Source of the DNA: Rhodosorus marinus CCMP1338
Taxonomy: Eukaryota > Plantae > Rhodophyta
Assembly: GCA_029953675.1 (NCBI GenBank)
Contig: JAMWBK010000008.1
Coordinates: 1,550,001 to 1,614,000, forward strand
Reading direction: 5' to 3'
DNA: 64,000 bases
A program made the position numbers and the translations under genes. The notes under the pieces were generated by a model. The model was not told where the DNA came from and did no database searches. It was given only the letters and a program-made list of their open reading frames with translations. Positions 1 through 12,683 of the stretch are shown here, one piece after another (within the stretch, counting starts at the first letter, position 1; each line of letters starts with the position of its first letter).

Positions 1-811
1 TCTTTGGCGGCACCTTTGGATGATATGTCCCGTTCTGAACCTGAAACTGAAACGCCTGCTCGATCAGATCCAGCAGGCGCTTCGGAGGTGTGTTGACGTG
101 AGCCATGGCTTCGCGGCTTTCAAGGTCGAGGATGTTCGAGAACCGGTCCACCAACGCCTCCCGCGTGGCGCTGACTCCGTTCCAGTTCTGGTACGTTGCG
201 GCATCATTTACGCTCTTGCAGGTCAGCAGGTAACAGAGGTCCTTGAAGCCGTCGCTCGGGAACGCATAACTCTCCAGAGGCTTGAGCTTCTTCCCAAGAA
301 GCGACGACGCCTTCTGATACTCCTGTCCGTTGATTAGCTCCAGATACATCTGTTCATATACGCCATAAAGGAAACTCTTCTGGTACCTAAAAGTCTGTTT
401 TGTACATAGCTTCTCCACTTCTATCCAATCTCCTTCCAAAATCGCCTTCTTCATCTTCCTCAGCTGAGACTTTTGAAGCGCCATATTCTTCATCTTCACG
501 TTCGCCTCGTCCTGAAGAATCATTGAGCTGCTGGTGTACCCTTCATCCTGAAGATACTGAATGATAATCCGAATGATATCCTCCTTAATCTTCGGATCAT
601 TTGGGTCAAAGAGGGGCTTCAAGGCCTTCGGCAACACCGCGTCCTTCGCCAGAGCAACGTTCAGCGCCTCCCGCTTCAAAATCGATTCCAGATTCGAAAA
701 GCTGTGCTCATCATCGTAGATGATCGTGCGAGATCCCATTAAACTACTCCCCTCGCTCGTCTTCTTCGAGAGGTGGCTCCCACCCCTACCAGATTCGAAT
801 TCCTCATCCAT
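1..811 (-). CDS. LisH-CTLH protein, WDR26/GID7-like, N-terminal part; runs off the window edge
   Basis: Open minus-strand frame from ATG 811 to the edge (not in the ORF track): MDEEFESG...EDIIRIIIQYLQDEGYTSSSMILQDEA (LisH)...KKAILEGDWIEVEKL (CTLH)...KKLKPLE...WNGVSATREALV...PPKRLLDLIEQAFQVQ...YHP. This motif order matches WDR26-family proteins upstream of their WD40 repeats. Confidence 0.75.
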   Translation of the reverse strand, partial: MDEEFESGRGGSHLSKKTSEGSSLMGSRTIIYDDEHSFSNLESILKREALNVALAKDAVLPKALKPLFDPNDPKIKEDIIRIIIQYLQDEGYTSSSMILQDEANVKMKNMALQKSQLRKMKKAILEGDWIEVEKLCTKQTFRYQKSFLYGVYEQMYLELINGQEYQKASSLLGKKLKPLESYAFPSDGFKDLCYLLTCKSVNDAATYQNWNGVSATREALVDRFSNILDLESREAMAHVNTPPKRLLDLIEQAFQFQVQNGTYHPKVPPK

Positions 812-1256
812 TGGTACCTCCTACCGACACACTAACCAGCCCAAAAACTCACGCTCTCCTAACCCCGTCCCATCTCACACACCCGCTTCCTCCCTCATGT
901 CAATAGATCCTTTCCTCGTGAGGACGATGCGCAGCTGAGAAAAGCAAAAAAGGCGCTAGAAAACCAAATCCTTTCCTTCCAAGGTGGAACTGCCACAATG
1001 ACTCCACACTACGTAAGTTTCTCGTTGTCGTTCGCCTTTGAGCAAACCCGATCTCCTTGCGTTCTCACACAGTTCGGATCTGACGGGATCGAAGACTGCA
1101 CTGTGACTACAGGCTGTTTGCTTTAGCCCGAGATCTGCTCACTTCAAATCTGGCTCTTTGTCCGTATAGCAACGACGAGGAGGTTCGCCGCATCTGGTTA
1201 TGTCACCATGGAGATGGAATCTGTTTGAGCTTGCTCGAGTCTTATCCTTTCTGATA

Positions 1257-1383
1257 AGGTACTGAATGCTAATCCGCATGATATCCTCCTTCGTCTTCGG
1301 ATCATTCGGGTTGAACAGGGTGTCCGAGGATGGCGTTGGCGACATTCCGTTGACCAGCGCAAAGTTCAACGCCTCCCGGTTCA
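1257..1383 (-). pseudogene. 127-bp diverged duplicate of the LisH-encoding segment of the adjacent WDR26-like gene
   Basis: Ungapped alignment of 1257-1383 with 552-678: REALNFAL...LFNPNDPKTKEDIMRISIQYL vs REALNVAL...LFDPNDPKIKEDIIRIIIQYL. It lies inside ORF 1139..1393. Confidence 0.8.
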
Positions 1384-1857
1384 TCGGTTCCACCGTGAAA
1401 AGCGTCGACCGGACTAATAGAGCGGCGTCATGTCCTTGAAGATATAAAAGTCTTTAGCAATGTTATTAGGCAGCCTTGAGAACTCTCGGGGAGGTCAGGT
1501 TCATGCAACCACGATGCGATGGAAAACTCAACTCTACTGGATTCCTCAAGGTGCTGGATCTGATGAATTGAGGATCAGTCGACTATTGCCCGATTGCTGA
1601 GCTTGTGTCCGCGCTTCAGCACTCGGTCGCTTAGCAGTGGTAGCGTGACAAGAGCATCGCGGTCGATCTTGTCACGAATGGGATCCGTTCTTGAAGCCAG
1701 AGCCTAGTTGTTACGGAAACCTGTTTTTTTTTTGTCTTTGAAATGTGCTCTGTCGATAGGTTTTGAACATAGCCAGTAGAAGACGCTGAGTTCGTCGGGA
1801 AGGAAGGATCCTCACTCGCCACTGCACGTCCTGCTCAGTAGATCCTGCATTCGTCTC

Positions 1858-2260
1858 AGCTTTCGACATCTCCAAGGCCGTGTGAGACTCGTTTGAACGA
1901 AGACAACGCACAGGATCTTTAGGCTAGCTGGGGGGACTCCACTGAACGGGCTCAGCAAGCATCCAGACGCAAAGTCAATTGGACTTCTTCGTGTTGCCAC
2001 AAGCCTCAGGTCTACTTGGAGGGTCTTGATAGCTTGCCTGAAGGCGTTGAGCTCGATGACGCGTTCAAGATCAGAATTCAGGATTGCATTCGATTGTTGG
2101 CTACTCCACTAGGCTCTCATATCAAACGAAACGATAGACTTGGCGGAGGAAGCAGGCTGTTGCCAACCCTAGTGCCTTCTACTGAGCTCGTGGAGAATCT
2201 TCATGTTCCTTGCCTTCGTTCTCTTTGTTGTAACCTGAATCTATATACACAGCCTACATT
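1858..2260 (+). mobile_element. Possible highly degraded non-LTR retrotransposon RT fragment
   Basis: AFDISKAV*DS resembles RT motif (L/F)DISKAFDS. IRLLATPLGS resembles the CRE-type post-RT motif GxRLLGxPLGS. Spacing is too short and a stop is present. Confidence 0.3.
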
Positions 2261-2381
2261 CACATCTCGTTACCACAGCATGTTACGAAGCTCACTTCTC
2301 CGCATGGATTCGGCCGGAATCGGAGAAGGATCCGATCCGGGATGATCGTCGCAGATGAAAAGCATATCCAGGATACCGTTT

Positions 2382-3541
2382 TCACTGCTGCTCTGAGTTT
2401 GGACTGTTCTGTGGACTCTCCACTGGAACTCTATCGAGGATGTTCCGAACTCCAGCGTATCGCTTTCCCATATATCTTGCTATCCGAAAGTCGGGATCGA
2501 TGTAGGTGACGTCCAGCCAGGAATTGTCCGGATCAAAGAACTCTCTTGGAAGCGCTCTCTGAAGGTTCTCAGACAGTAGAACAGGGTCTTTTGGAATCTT
2601 GTTCTGCGGTTTCAAGATGTAGTCTTCAACCTATGATGTTTGTACAGAACACTTCTCGTCAGATCCAGTTTGCCTGATTTAGCAAGGGTTTGAGAGGCGA
2701 GGGGGAGTCGGTGAGATGCTATTCCAGAGGTTACCTTAAGATAAAGTCGCCCGCTTCCTACCATCTGGTAGTTGATAACTATGGTAAACTCGCCGTGGCA
2801 ATCTTCGTCAAGGAACGACCAAAGGACATGATTTCTAATCTTCTTCGCCTCGATGTCGAACTCCTGCTCAACCTTCCTCAGGCGCAATCCAGTAGACGGG
2901 GTCCCTAGAGTGGTTGTCGTATACAAAAGGTTCCAGCGCCCAGAGAGACCCATCTCAGTGAACTCATTCGTCAGAGGCGTGGTGCCTTGCTGTTCCAGGA
3001 ACTTGATCAGCTTCTCCACCTGAGCCAAACCGGGAGAAGCGCAAAACGGTATATGGTAAATGCGCCGTTCTTACTCGAGATACGAAGAACAGAGGACTAC
3101 TGAAGACGAATCGCCTACCTTTGTTCTTTGTCTATCAAGGTTTATCACGTAAGGAAGCAGCCTTCGTAGCTGGCTTTTTGCACGGTCGACGGACTCCACC
3201 GCGGATACTTCTTTCGACTTTTCCAGCTCCAATCCTTCCATAGGCATGGCCAAATCACTAGGATTAGGGGTAATATTAGAGGCAAACGGAGATATTCTAT
3301 GTACAGGCTCGTTCGCAGATCCAGGTTGGTCTCCAGACGCCGGTGGGGATGTGTCGGGGGGTACGCTTCCATTGGACTCCGACTCGGGCGAAACTGAGCG
3401 GTTTCGATTGTTCTCGTCTTCACTGACGTCCTCTACATCCCCTTCCTCCTTAATAGCCCTTGTCTTCACGTATTTTCTTCTACAAACCCGCACGGACGAC
3501 GTCCTCGGTCCCCAACCTCCACTCCACGCAAAACCCAACAT
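2382..3541 (-). CDS. PAP/fibrillin-family plastid lipid-associated protein (3 exons)
   Basis: Exons 3541-3119, 3019-2735, 2630-2382 join in frame through GT-AG introns of 99 and 104 nt. Motifs LSGRWNLLYTT and WLDVTYIDPDFRIARYMG; transit-peptide-like N-terminus MLGFAW...RVCRR. Confidence 0.8.
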
Positions 3542-6472
3542 TCGCAACCCCCTCTTGTAATACAAATCAATACAAGAAATATGAAATAAAAAACTTTTTC
3601 AAAACTCTCACGATTATCTCAGAGCTCTCAACCCCTTTCCAACTCCAAAGTAATATGAAAACCCTAACAGCCCACCGGCCTCCTCCTACCCCCAAACAAA
3701 AATCCTGGATAAAATATTGGTTTTCAAGCATTGAGTACTCCGTAAGGCCATTGAAGGAGGGAGCTCTGGTGCGGTGTCCGATTGAGCGGAATGAAGTGCT
3801 TCTGAACATCCAAATCCGCCCATGTGGTCAATTAATAAGCGCAACGATGGCCAAGTTTCTCGGTTCTATCCGCTTGAATTGATAGGATATGCAACAATAG
3901 AGTAAACCCTAAAAAGCGAAGTGGATTGGGAATGATTGCCCCTCTATATGCTCTCCAGGGCCGTCGTGGTGAAATGAGTACCCTGCTCATCCCCTCCCCA
4001 AAATACCCTCACCAGCTCTATTCCAAGGGGAGTTTCATGACGATGGATTCAAGCTCGCGCTAGGACCGAACTCTCGATAAGCCACGAAGGGTGACAGAGC
4101 CGTCGTGGCTTATCGAGAGTTCGTCCTACACATCACAATGCTGGTTTCCGGAACTCCCGCACAGGATCTGGTCGAGGGGAAAGGAATGCGTAGAAGCAGT
4201 GGTCTGGAGATACCCGGTAATAGAGTCGAAAGCGTACTAGCAGCGCCGAACGCTAATGGTGCATTTTGCGGCTTTCAAGCGCTGACTCTTTCTATAAACA
4301 CTATTGCTAACCGGGCTTTCTGGGCTATGTCCGCTTGAGAGGAAAGGATTCCTAAGATAACCTGCGACTATCGCCAGAGTGCGATCGAATGCTAACAGGT
4401 CGTTATCTGGTAGCTGGTTCGCCTTCAGGTCGGCCAAGCGACTCCGCTCTCACAGAACCAGTTTCGAGTCAGCCCTGAACTCAACCCAAGAAACGTTCAT
4501 ATTGGCTGAAACAGTCATTTTGGGATGAATAACGACTGAACTGTTTCGCACGAGCTACTTTATGTTTTTCTAAATAATCAGGGAACGTGTCCTATTTTTC
4601 CCGCTTTTTATGAACCTGTGATCCCGCCTCAGCGGGGATGGATGGAAACAAGATCAGGGTTTTACTGGTTGATGTGAAACGTTGCCGCAGGAGCTGCTCT
4701 TTTTATAATAAAAAAATTACTTCCGCGTTTGGTCTGATTGACAATGGCTTCCATTTTTTTCTCATCTACCCCCTTCGAGATTATTTCCCAAGCACAAAAT
4801 GATCGGATAGGGGTAAATACTGCCCAAAGTAAGAAAGCATTAAAAGAATCAAACGAAAACGAGCACTATCAGATGATTCTGACTTCTTCGCTTTCCCCAC
4901 CCCCCGCCCTCATACGACATTGATTAAACTGCCCAAACTAGTACCCCTAAGATTTGGTCCTTGTGAAATCACTACGACCAAATATTATTACGAATAAACA
5001 ACAGTAAGGATTTGTGCATCCGTGGGATGGCTAGAAATCAAAACTATGAAGATTCCATTAGCAACAACAGATGGATATTTCAAAAGCAGCTCAGCGAACA
5101 TTGGATTTGGGTATTTTCAACGACATACAATAATTTAATCGAAAATTGAAGTTCAAGTCGATATTTGCCGCTCCCGGACGGCTTTTTTTTTCCATTTCAA
5201 GCCATAATTTAGACATATTCGATTCGAAGCATGTGCCATCCGGACATCCTAAACGTCATTGGTCTGACTCAATCCATTTTATCATGAATCAGCCATCCAC
5301 ATACTAATTACATTTTAATTTGCTGAACGAGATATACTGTCCACTTTAATTGGACTAGAGCTTACCGTATTCTAACCTTTACGAAGAAAGAACGGGCACC
5401 CTCAGGCGTGACCCAGTACATCATTGGATACAACCAATTTACAAAGATGATAATCAATAAATAGATCGATAAATAGAAATACGATCTTTTCAATGCGTTC
5501 TAAATTAGCCCCAACCCTCCTCTATTTCGTCCAACCCTAAAAGAAATCACCTAGACTGAGATATCTGACATCCCCGAGCCGACCGAAAACATCCAAAAAA
5601 ATTAAAATTTGACTTCACATAGTATCTCCTGTCTGCCATCAAAAAGCCTATGAATGAGAATTCCACCCAAACTCCCCATTCACATTCACATGCATAAAAT
5701 CATATGCAAAAATTTCTTCCCCAAGACGAATATTGACCCAAAACCGAAGATCCGCTTGGACCTTCATTTCCGTTTTTCCGGTTTTTAAAATCTCGTCTGT
5801 GATTTACTGGGGGGCAAATATTTCTACTAAATTTCAAATTCACATCTACCCCAATAACCCTCATTTTCAAAACTTGCTGCTTTCTCATAAAACACTTTAG
5901 TTTATGAGTATTTTGACGTGTCTCTTGTGCGGAAAAAAACTCTAATAAAATTTGTGTTTTTTTGGTTGAGAGGGGAAGGAGGAGGGGGGTTTGAGTTTGG
6001 GATCAGTGGCCTTTCAGAGTGGGAAATTTTTGGCCAAGGGTTATTGGGCCGCTATAGGCGGTCTTTGTGGTCTTTGTGTATAGCAGAGCTGGTGGGGGTG
6101 TTTGGGAAGGAGGCGGATTAGCATTTGTTTTGTGAATTGGAAATGGAGTGGAGGATTGGATGTGTATGTATGGAGTGAGGGAGGAAGGGGAACCGGAGGG
6201 TGAGAGAGGTGGAGGGTTTTGGGAAGGTTTTGGGAAGGTGTTAAGGAGGGAGAGAGGTCTGCATGAATAGAATTGAAGTGGTGTGTGAAGAGGGTTTTTG
6301 GTTGGGTAGTTGGGAAGAAGGGAATAGTGAAGATCTTCATTTTTGAGGGATTGGGGGTGGTGTTTTTGTCTGTGGCTTTTTTTTTTTATGGGGTGAAAGG
6401 TTCTTAGAGGGGAGGCATTTGAAGGGCGTGGGCGGGTGGGGTGGGTGGGGAGGAGGACGGGGAGGTGTATGT

Positions 6473-7096
6473 ATGGCAAATGCTGGGAAGGTGTTGGAGG
6501 ATCGAGATAGGAAGGGGAGCGGGAACTATGTGAGTTGATAGTTTTGTTTTGCAGTGGGAGTTTTTGTCTTTTGCTCTGGTTTTTGCTGATAGTTGAGTTT
6601 GGTATGGTATCATTTTTCTGTGTTTTCACAGGACAAGGAATACTGGAAAAAGGTCGCGATCGCCATGATTGAGATGGAGAAAATGAGGTTGTTGGTGGGA
6701 ATGGCTTTTGTAAGAGGTGACGCTCGAAGAGTTCCGGTGAGGCCACGCAGGAGAACAAGAGTGTGCTCTGTTCATCGAAGCTTATATGGCCAGGTTAAGA
6801 GAAGATCTCTATAGTTGCTCCGCCCGTACTGGTACGACGTACGCATGGCTTCCATTGTCAAAAGTTTCTATTTTAAGTAAGTATCGAGACTTTGCGAAAC
6901 TAGTCGTTTCTTCCTCATAGCAGTGGAGGATCTTGGAGGATGGGAAGCGGCGAGGGGATCGTTGACTGCCTCGCCCAGTCTCGTTCCGCCTGTTTGGAGG
7001 ACTGCGGTTATTTCCTGGAAATCTGGCGATCATGTCGACGCCGGAAAAGTGTTTACTAGGGCACTCATTTCACCAGGACGAGGCTGGAGGGCATAG
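6473..7096 (+). CDS. Small spliced hypothetical protein
   Basis: ATG 6473 follows a G-rich leader. GT-AG introns (gtgagt...cacag; gtaagt...catag; one weaker gttgtt donor) give MANAGKVLEDRDRKGSGNY/DKEYWKKVAIAMIEMEKM/RLREDLYSC.../TVEDLGGWEAARG...GWRA*. No family recognised. Confidence 0.4.
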
Positions 7097-7948
7097 GAGT
7101 AGCCGTTCCATTTCCAATTTGCTATAGGGTTTACTTTAATGGTGCACATCATCTATCTGTTCGCATACATAAAACTGAGAAACCTGGTCACCTTTGCGCT
7201 ATTGCATAACAACCAGGGCGGGCTTCGATCGAACCGAAAGAGTGACGATCCCTTTCCCGCTCGTCAAGACGAGAGTTGGTCTTCAACATGCAACAAAAAA
7301 AAAACCTCTCCAAAAGGACAACGGCCGAAAAGAAAGAAAAATATCTCCGAGAAAGAAAACCCTACATGGGTATCTAGGTTCTTCAATTTTCCAATAGTAC
7401 TTAATAAATAAAACAAAACGAGCTATCATCAATTGGTAGAAAAGCGTTCACCCCCCCTCCATTCTCCTAAGATTCCGCGATGTGTCGAGAAGATATTTAT
7501 TTCGAAAATCGAACTTGCGCAATGATGTATTTTGTAGTATTTTTTGATTTTGAAGAAGAATCCAATGGATCGACTCTTTTTCATTTTTATTTGATATTTA
7601 ATTTGTGGTATTGCTTATTTTTTTGCTCCGAATCTCAAAACAATCGGGAACGAAAGATATTATTGGACTACGCTTCGGCAACGCGAATTTGGATTGGTAT
7701 AAAAGTAACGGATATATGTATTCGGCGTTTTGATTGGATAGCCTTCATCTTCCGATCAGATATCCGATTCTTCGGAATCTGATGGGTTCGGAATGCTGGT
7801 TCTCTCCAGGCTCGGGACCGCAGATGGATGTTAGTCAGCGGTTGCCTCTCATCTTTGTGTACAGGCGATGAAATACTTTCAGAAAACCTCGACCGATGTT
7901 CGCACACAGGACAATTCTTGTCCAACCAATTGGTTTTCGAAACCCTTT

Positions 7949-7996
7949 CTGGCAAGGTTCTTGCCCTCCTGGCAAGGTTCTTGCCCTCCTGGCAAG
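7949..7996. repeat. 20-bp perfect tandem repeat (ctggcaaggttcttgccctc x2.4)
   Basis: Read directly. Confidence 0.9.
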
Positions 7997-8467
7997 AATC
8001 CGCCCCTATGCGGGCTAGCACGATCGGCAGGGGATTGGTTTGGATTCTGACAAGACAAAGGGATAGTTTACTCAACACATGTTCCGTCTCATGGAAAAGT
8101 ATGGTTATGGATCGACCATCATCAAAAGAGGTATGTGTATTCCGGTAGGGTTTTGGTTGAACCCGATCGAAAGGATTTTGGCGACTGAAAACCAATTTTT
8201 TACATCCCGAAAAGCTTTGCTGCTAGTCGCCGCCTCTCATTTCCTATCTTGGAATACATCAGCTCTCGCGCTTACTACACAAGTGCTGCTCACCATGCTA
8301 TAACGTGCACAGTCTATTGCCATAACAGGTTCCATTCGAAAGTGGAGTCCTATCTACGTGTGACCTGAAAGCAGCACAGCCTCAACCGCCTTTCATTCCG
8401 CGATGTGAAGCCGCGGATTTCGTTGGTGTCGGTTACAGGGCACCTCGCTAAAAAGAAAATTCGAATC

Positions 8468-9984
8468 CTATTGAACAACTTCCGTGAGTAAGGCTGTGAC
8501 GTTGGCGCCCTTATTCAAGATGATTTGATACAGCTCGTCGAAGAGCTCCTCCTGTTCCGCAAGAGTCAACTCCGTGACCTGAGTAGTATAAGGATAACCA
8601 CACATCGCACATTGGATGTCAGTAGAGGGCACTGAGGATCTCCGATCGTCTGCCGATCGAGCTCACCATGATCAGCAGCTTCTCAACGTCAGGAGCCCTA
8701 TCTCGGACGAAATTGATTACATATACATATGTAAAAACTGCCATAACGAGGTGGCAGTCGACGCGGTCCGTGATTCCCCCATGTCCCGGGATGATTGATC
8801 CGAAATCCTTCACCTTGAAAGCTCGCTTCGCGCCAGATGCGAAGAAACCTCCGAAAGGCGCCAGAACGCTTGTGAAGAGTGCGATAACCACGCCATGCAA
8901 CTGGATCGGTGCGAGGCTGAAGGTAACGCCTCCGAAGACCTTTGGAAGGCTGACCTAATAAAACAGAACATTATCACAGAGCGGTCTTAAATTTCACGCG
9001 ATTGGCTGGCAGGATTGGAGCCTGAACAGCTTACCATGTACGGAAGGAAAACTGTCGATGGCGTGCAGTGCGCTCTACAGAGGATATTACAGTCCGTGAA
9101 CTCTGGTTTTGGGCATGTCATGAACTCCCAGTGACTAAGCAATCGGGACACGAAGAATCCAGAAATCAAAGTGGTTATGCCTCCGTATATGAGGCCTTCC
9201 CACGTCTTCTTCGGGCTGAGAGCGGTCAGCGGAGTCTTCCCGAACATGCGTCCGAAAATGTACGAAAAGCTGTCGTTCATAGCAACACAGACAACGGGTA
9301 GAAAAAACCAAATCATACCCATTTTCACGTTGAGGATCATGAAGTTGGCGCAGGTGATCACAACAAAAATGGCAATATGGGACCTCGCGTAAATGCCGAA
9401 CTGGTACGAAGCCAGCTTGGGCTGCAGGCTCAGGACAAAAGCCACGAAGAACCCACAGTATACGGTGAATGACACAAACGTATGGTGACGAAGGAGAAAC
9501 TTTAACAGCGCGGTTTCCATAAACTTCCGGCCCTGAGCGATAGAGAAGGAAACCGGTCAAAACTCTTTTCGAAGAAGCGAGACCGAAAAACAGTCCACGA
9601 GCATACCTGTGCTTCAAAGTGGCCAAGAACTGATTTCCCGTATACAAAATACTGCGTACTGGCAAAGAACCCCCAAGTAACCCGCTTGAACCATGGCATT
9701 CCGCTCTCTTGAGCCTTTAGATAACCAAGGTTCACCACCTCACTGTAGACGATACATTCCATAAATACAACAAGCGTGGAAACGGCGATATGCCCGGTCC
9801 AGATGGTAGCGATTACCGTCCCGATCATCACGGCGGCCGCCAGGAGACGAGTCGAAAGATCTGCCCATGTCTTCTTCTTCTTCACAACAGGCACGTTTCC
9901 AACGTCCTCCGGTGTCTCCTCAGCCTTCTCCGTAGCGTCTCCAGCCTTGAGCACTCTCTTCCTCACGCTACCACTTCGTTCCAT
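8468..9984 (-). CDS. CDS1: Phosphatidate cytidylyltransferase (CDP-diacylglycerol synthase), 4 exons
   Basis: Motifs [32 protein letters not shown] and [36 protein letters not shown]. The last intron gives C-terminus [18 protein letters not shown]...VVQ* (stop at 8468). Confidence 0.95.
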
Positions 9985-9999
9985 TCTTAATCCTAAAAC

Positions 10000-10025
10000 T
10001 ATATATATATATATATATATATATA
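10000..10025. repeat. (TA)13 microsatellite in the CDS1 5' leader
   Basis: Read directly. Confidence 0.95.
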
Positions 10026-12683
10026 CACTTTCCTCAACTTAAAGCAAATCGCAGACCACCACCGCCAAAAACCCCAAAACCAAGCTCCCGCCCCCCGATT
10101 ACAAGACCCATCAGTCCCTCCGGAAGACCGTCCACCGCTGAACAGAGCTCCACCAAACTTTCTACTTCACACACAACAGCCCAACCAAGCCCTCACCACC
10201 GTTCCTCCTAGATCGATCACCCTCTTGCCATAAGACCTTCCCCTCCTTCGCTAAAGATGAACAAGCTACTACCGGAGCTTGTGTCTACATCAACCCACAG
10301 AGTCTCCTCTTTCGTCTTCTTGACGACGGAAAAGTGGAATAATCTCTCCGATCGTGTGTGAGGCGGTCCGTCAGCGCTCTGCCCTGCTGAATGGATGTGT
10401 CACGTCCTGCAGCTCTTTTTTTAACCTAACCATACTGGACATTGAGCTTTGAGTGGAGGTCATCATATGTACATATATATCGTCGTATACTCTTTGAGTT
10501 ATATTCTTGCCAAAAGCTGGATTCTTTGAGAGAAATTTGAAAGTCCGCTCCGTGTTGAGCGTATTGACCGCTCCTCGGTTGAAGACAGCACTGGGGATGA
10601 CGGTGGCTGATTCGGCTGTCCCTCGTTGCTGGCTGGGTGATGATTGCTGTACTTTCTATACACAAGTTTTTGATGACAAGAATGGATGCTGATTCAGCCC
10701 CGATTTGGTGATCGGCTAGGCAACTGTGGGCGGCTTCAAGGCATTTAAAAGGGTGCTCCCCGACTGAAGCGAAACCTTTGACGAGCTGTCTCGTTCTACG
10801 CTGGATGGTTTGCCCTTGCGCGCTGTGAGTGGCGTTCTGCGGCGCTGGCAACTTCTAAGGAAAGTGATGCTGTCCGAGTCGGTTTCGTGGAGTTGTCCGA
10901 GGTAAAGCAACGGCCAAGCGGCGAGCTGTAGGATGTTTTAAAGAAAGAGCTTGCCTGCGCGAAACGCCGCAGCGTGGATTGGGGAAGAGGCTGACCGCGG
11001 CCTACATCGATCTGCCGGCCGCAGCATTGCTTTGCAATTGTTGCAACCCGTGAGTATCGAAGAGAACTTCTTACAACACTTCCCTCGCCAACGGCAACAT
11101 GCCCCGTCGACATGAAGTCATTGATCAACCGAGAAACAAGGTTTTCTACACGCAATCGAACGGAATGATCAACAAGATATTGAGCTAGAAAACACCACAG
11201 CAGAAACTGTTAACATCTGAACGAAATGCCACAAGTCGGTTTAAAACCATCGATCCACAGTGACGTCGGTGTAGAACGGCCCAACCAACTGCAGCGGATC
11301 TTTGAGCTAACCGCAGGAGAACTTTGAAGTACTCCCTCGAATCAGAGCGGGGTTTGCGGAAGTCCTCGCGTCATGCTAACGTACGCGACATGGACCCACT
11401 GACAAATCTTCTGTTCAATTCGCGCGAAAGAGACGGAAACCTCCCTCAAGATCTCTTTCATCGGAGAGCAGGGACTGGATCTTGTGAATTCATAAGCTTG
11501 GAGCATTCCGACAACTCACACACAATGGCGAGGATCAACCTGCACCGAAACCGACTGCTGGGTGCAGATCATCAGTCATATGTTGCCCTCACAGGAGGTG
11601 GCTGGGATCCCCAACCTCCACCACTCTCGCCACTTATGGGAGCACAACCTTTGCCAGAGAACTCTTCAGTCCTCAAATACACTCTGAAGAGCATCGACCT
11701 CGACCCGAAGCGCTACTGACAATCAGTCTCCCTCTTAAGTACCTCCGGCCCGTCTAGGACAGGCTGTCATAGAACGTGCCATAAATACATATGTTTTTGT
11801 CTTCCCGACGTGGAAATCAGTTGATCCTAGGGGTTTTCGAAAAAGGACATTTTAGGGCAGCAATAATATTTATTCAATATTTTTGTAAGCATGAAAAGCA
11901 GTTCTGCAAAGACTTACAAGCGGGGTACAAGAAGTGAAAAATCGGAATTTCCTTTTTGGTGAAAAAGTTATTCCTGCTGAAGAATATTTTGGGCCAAATG
12001 GGTTTTTTAAGGAGCAACCGTCCTAGCAACGAAAAAAAAAGCGGCTTTTCCGGATGTGAACAAATATTTCGGAAGAAAAGTTGCAGTCTAGGTGGAGTAA
12101 CATCAGCCAAGGTGTTGACGTGAGACGTTGAATTTGTTTCTGTTATTCTATTGTGAGCATCCAACCAGGGGTATAGAAGGGCGAGGAGGGTGGACGGGGG
12201 AGGGGGGTGGGGTGGGACTGTTGCGATTGGGTAAGGATCATCTTCTTACAAGTGCCAACGGTTTTATCGTTTTTTCTTCTATATGATGAATAAATTGTTT
12301 TTATGATATGAGTTTGGGGGGTTATATTTAGAGTAGGAATCGATTTTGGAGAAAAAGTCGTTTTTGGAAAAAGAGTTGAGAGGGGGAAGGGAGGGGGAGG
12401 GAGGGAAGGAACAGGTTTCTGACTTTTGCCAATGTGGACTAGGAGTTGTGAAGATGGCCGGGTATATAGAGGATTTTGCTTTTTATGAGGGGCAGGGGGC
12501 CGGGGGGGGTGGATGGTGGTGGAAGGGAGGCGGAAGGTTGTTTGGGGGTGGTGGGAGGTTTTTTAGTTTCCTCGTAAGGAGGTTTGTTAGGTTGACGCTC
12601 TGGGCCTGAGCTTTCGGGGTTGGTCCGGTAGTGAGTGCTTTTTGTTGAGAGCCTGTGGGGGAAGGGAAGGGAGGGGAGGGGCG

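Noticed and set aside
3904-3912. Telomere-like AAACCCTAA motifs (also ~28572)
   Set aside because: Single copies, expected by chance or as ordinary telo-boxes; no array.
6003-6758. 251-aa Pro/Ser/Lys-rich ORF (also 28052-28579)
   Set aside because: A by-product of low-complexity purine/pyrimidine-skewed leader DNA.
8079-8303. WLNPIERIL resembling Tc1/IS630 DLNPIE motif
   Set aside because: Isolated short match with no DDE context or terminal repeats.
10400-11720. Possible hAT or other transposase remnant (ARINLHRNRLLG; several short ORFs)
   Set aside because: Only a few residues resemble the hAT dimerisation motif; no TIR or TSD found.
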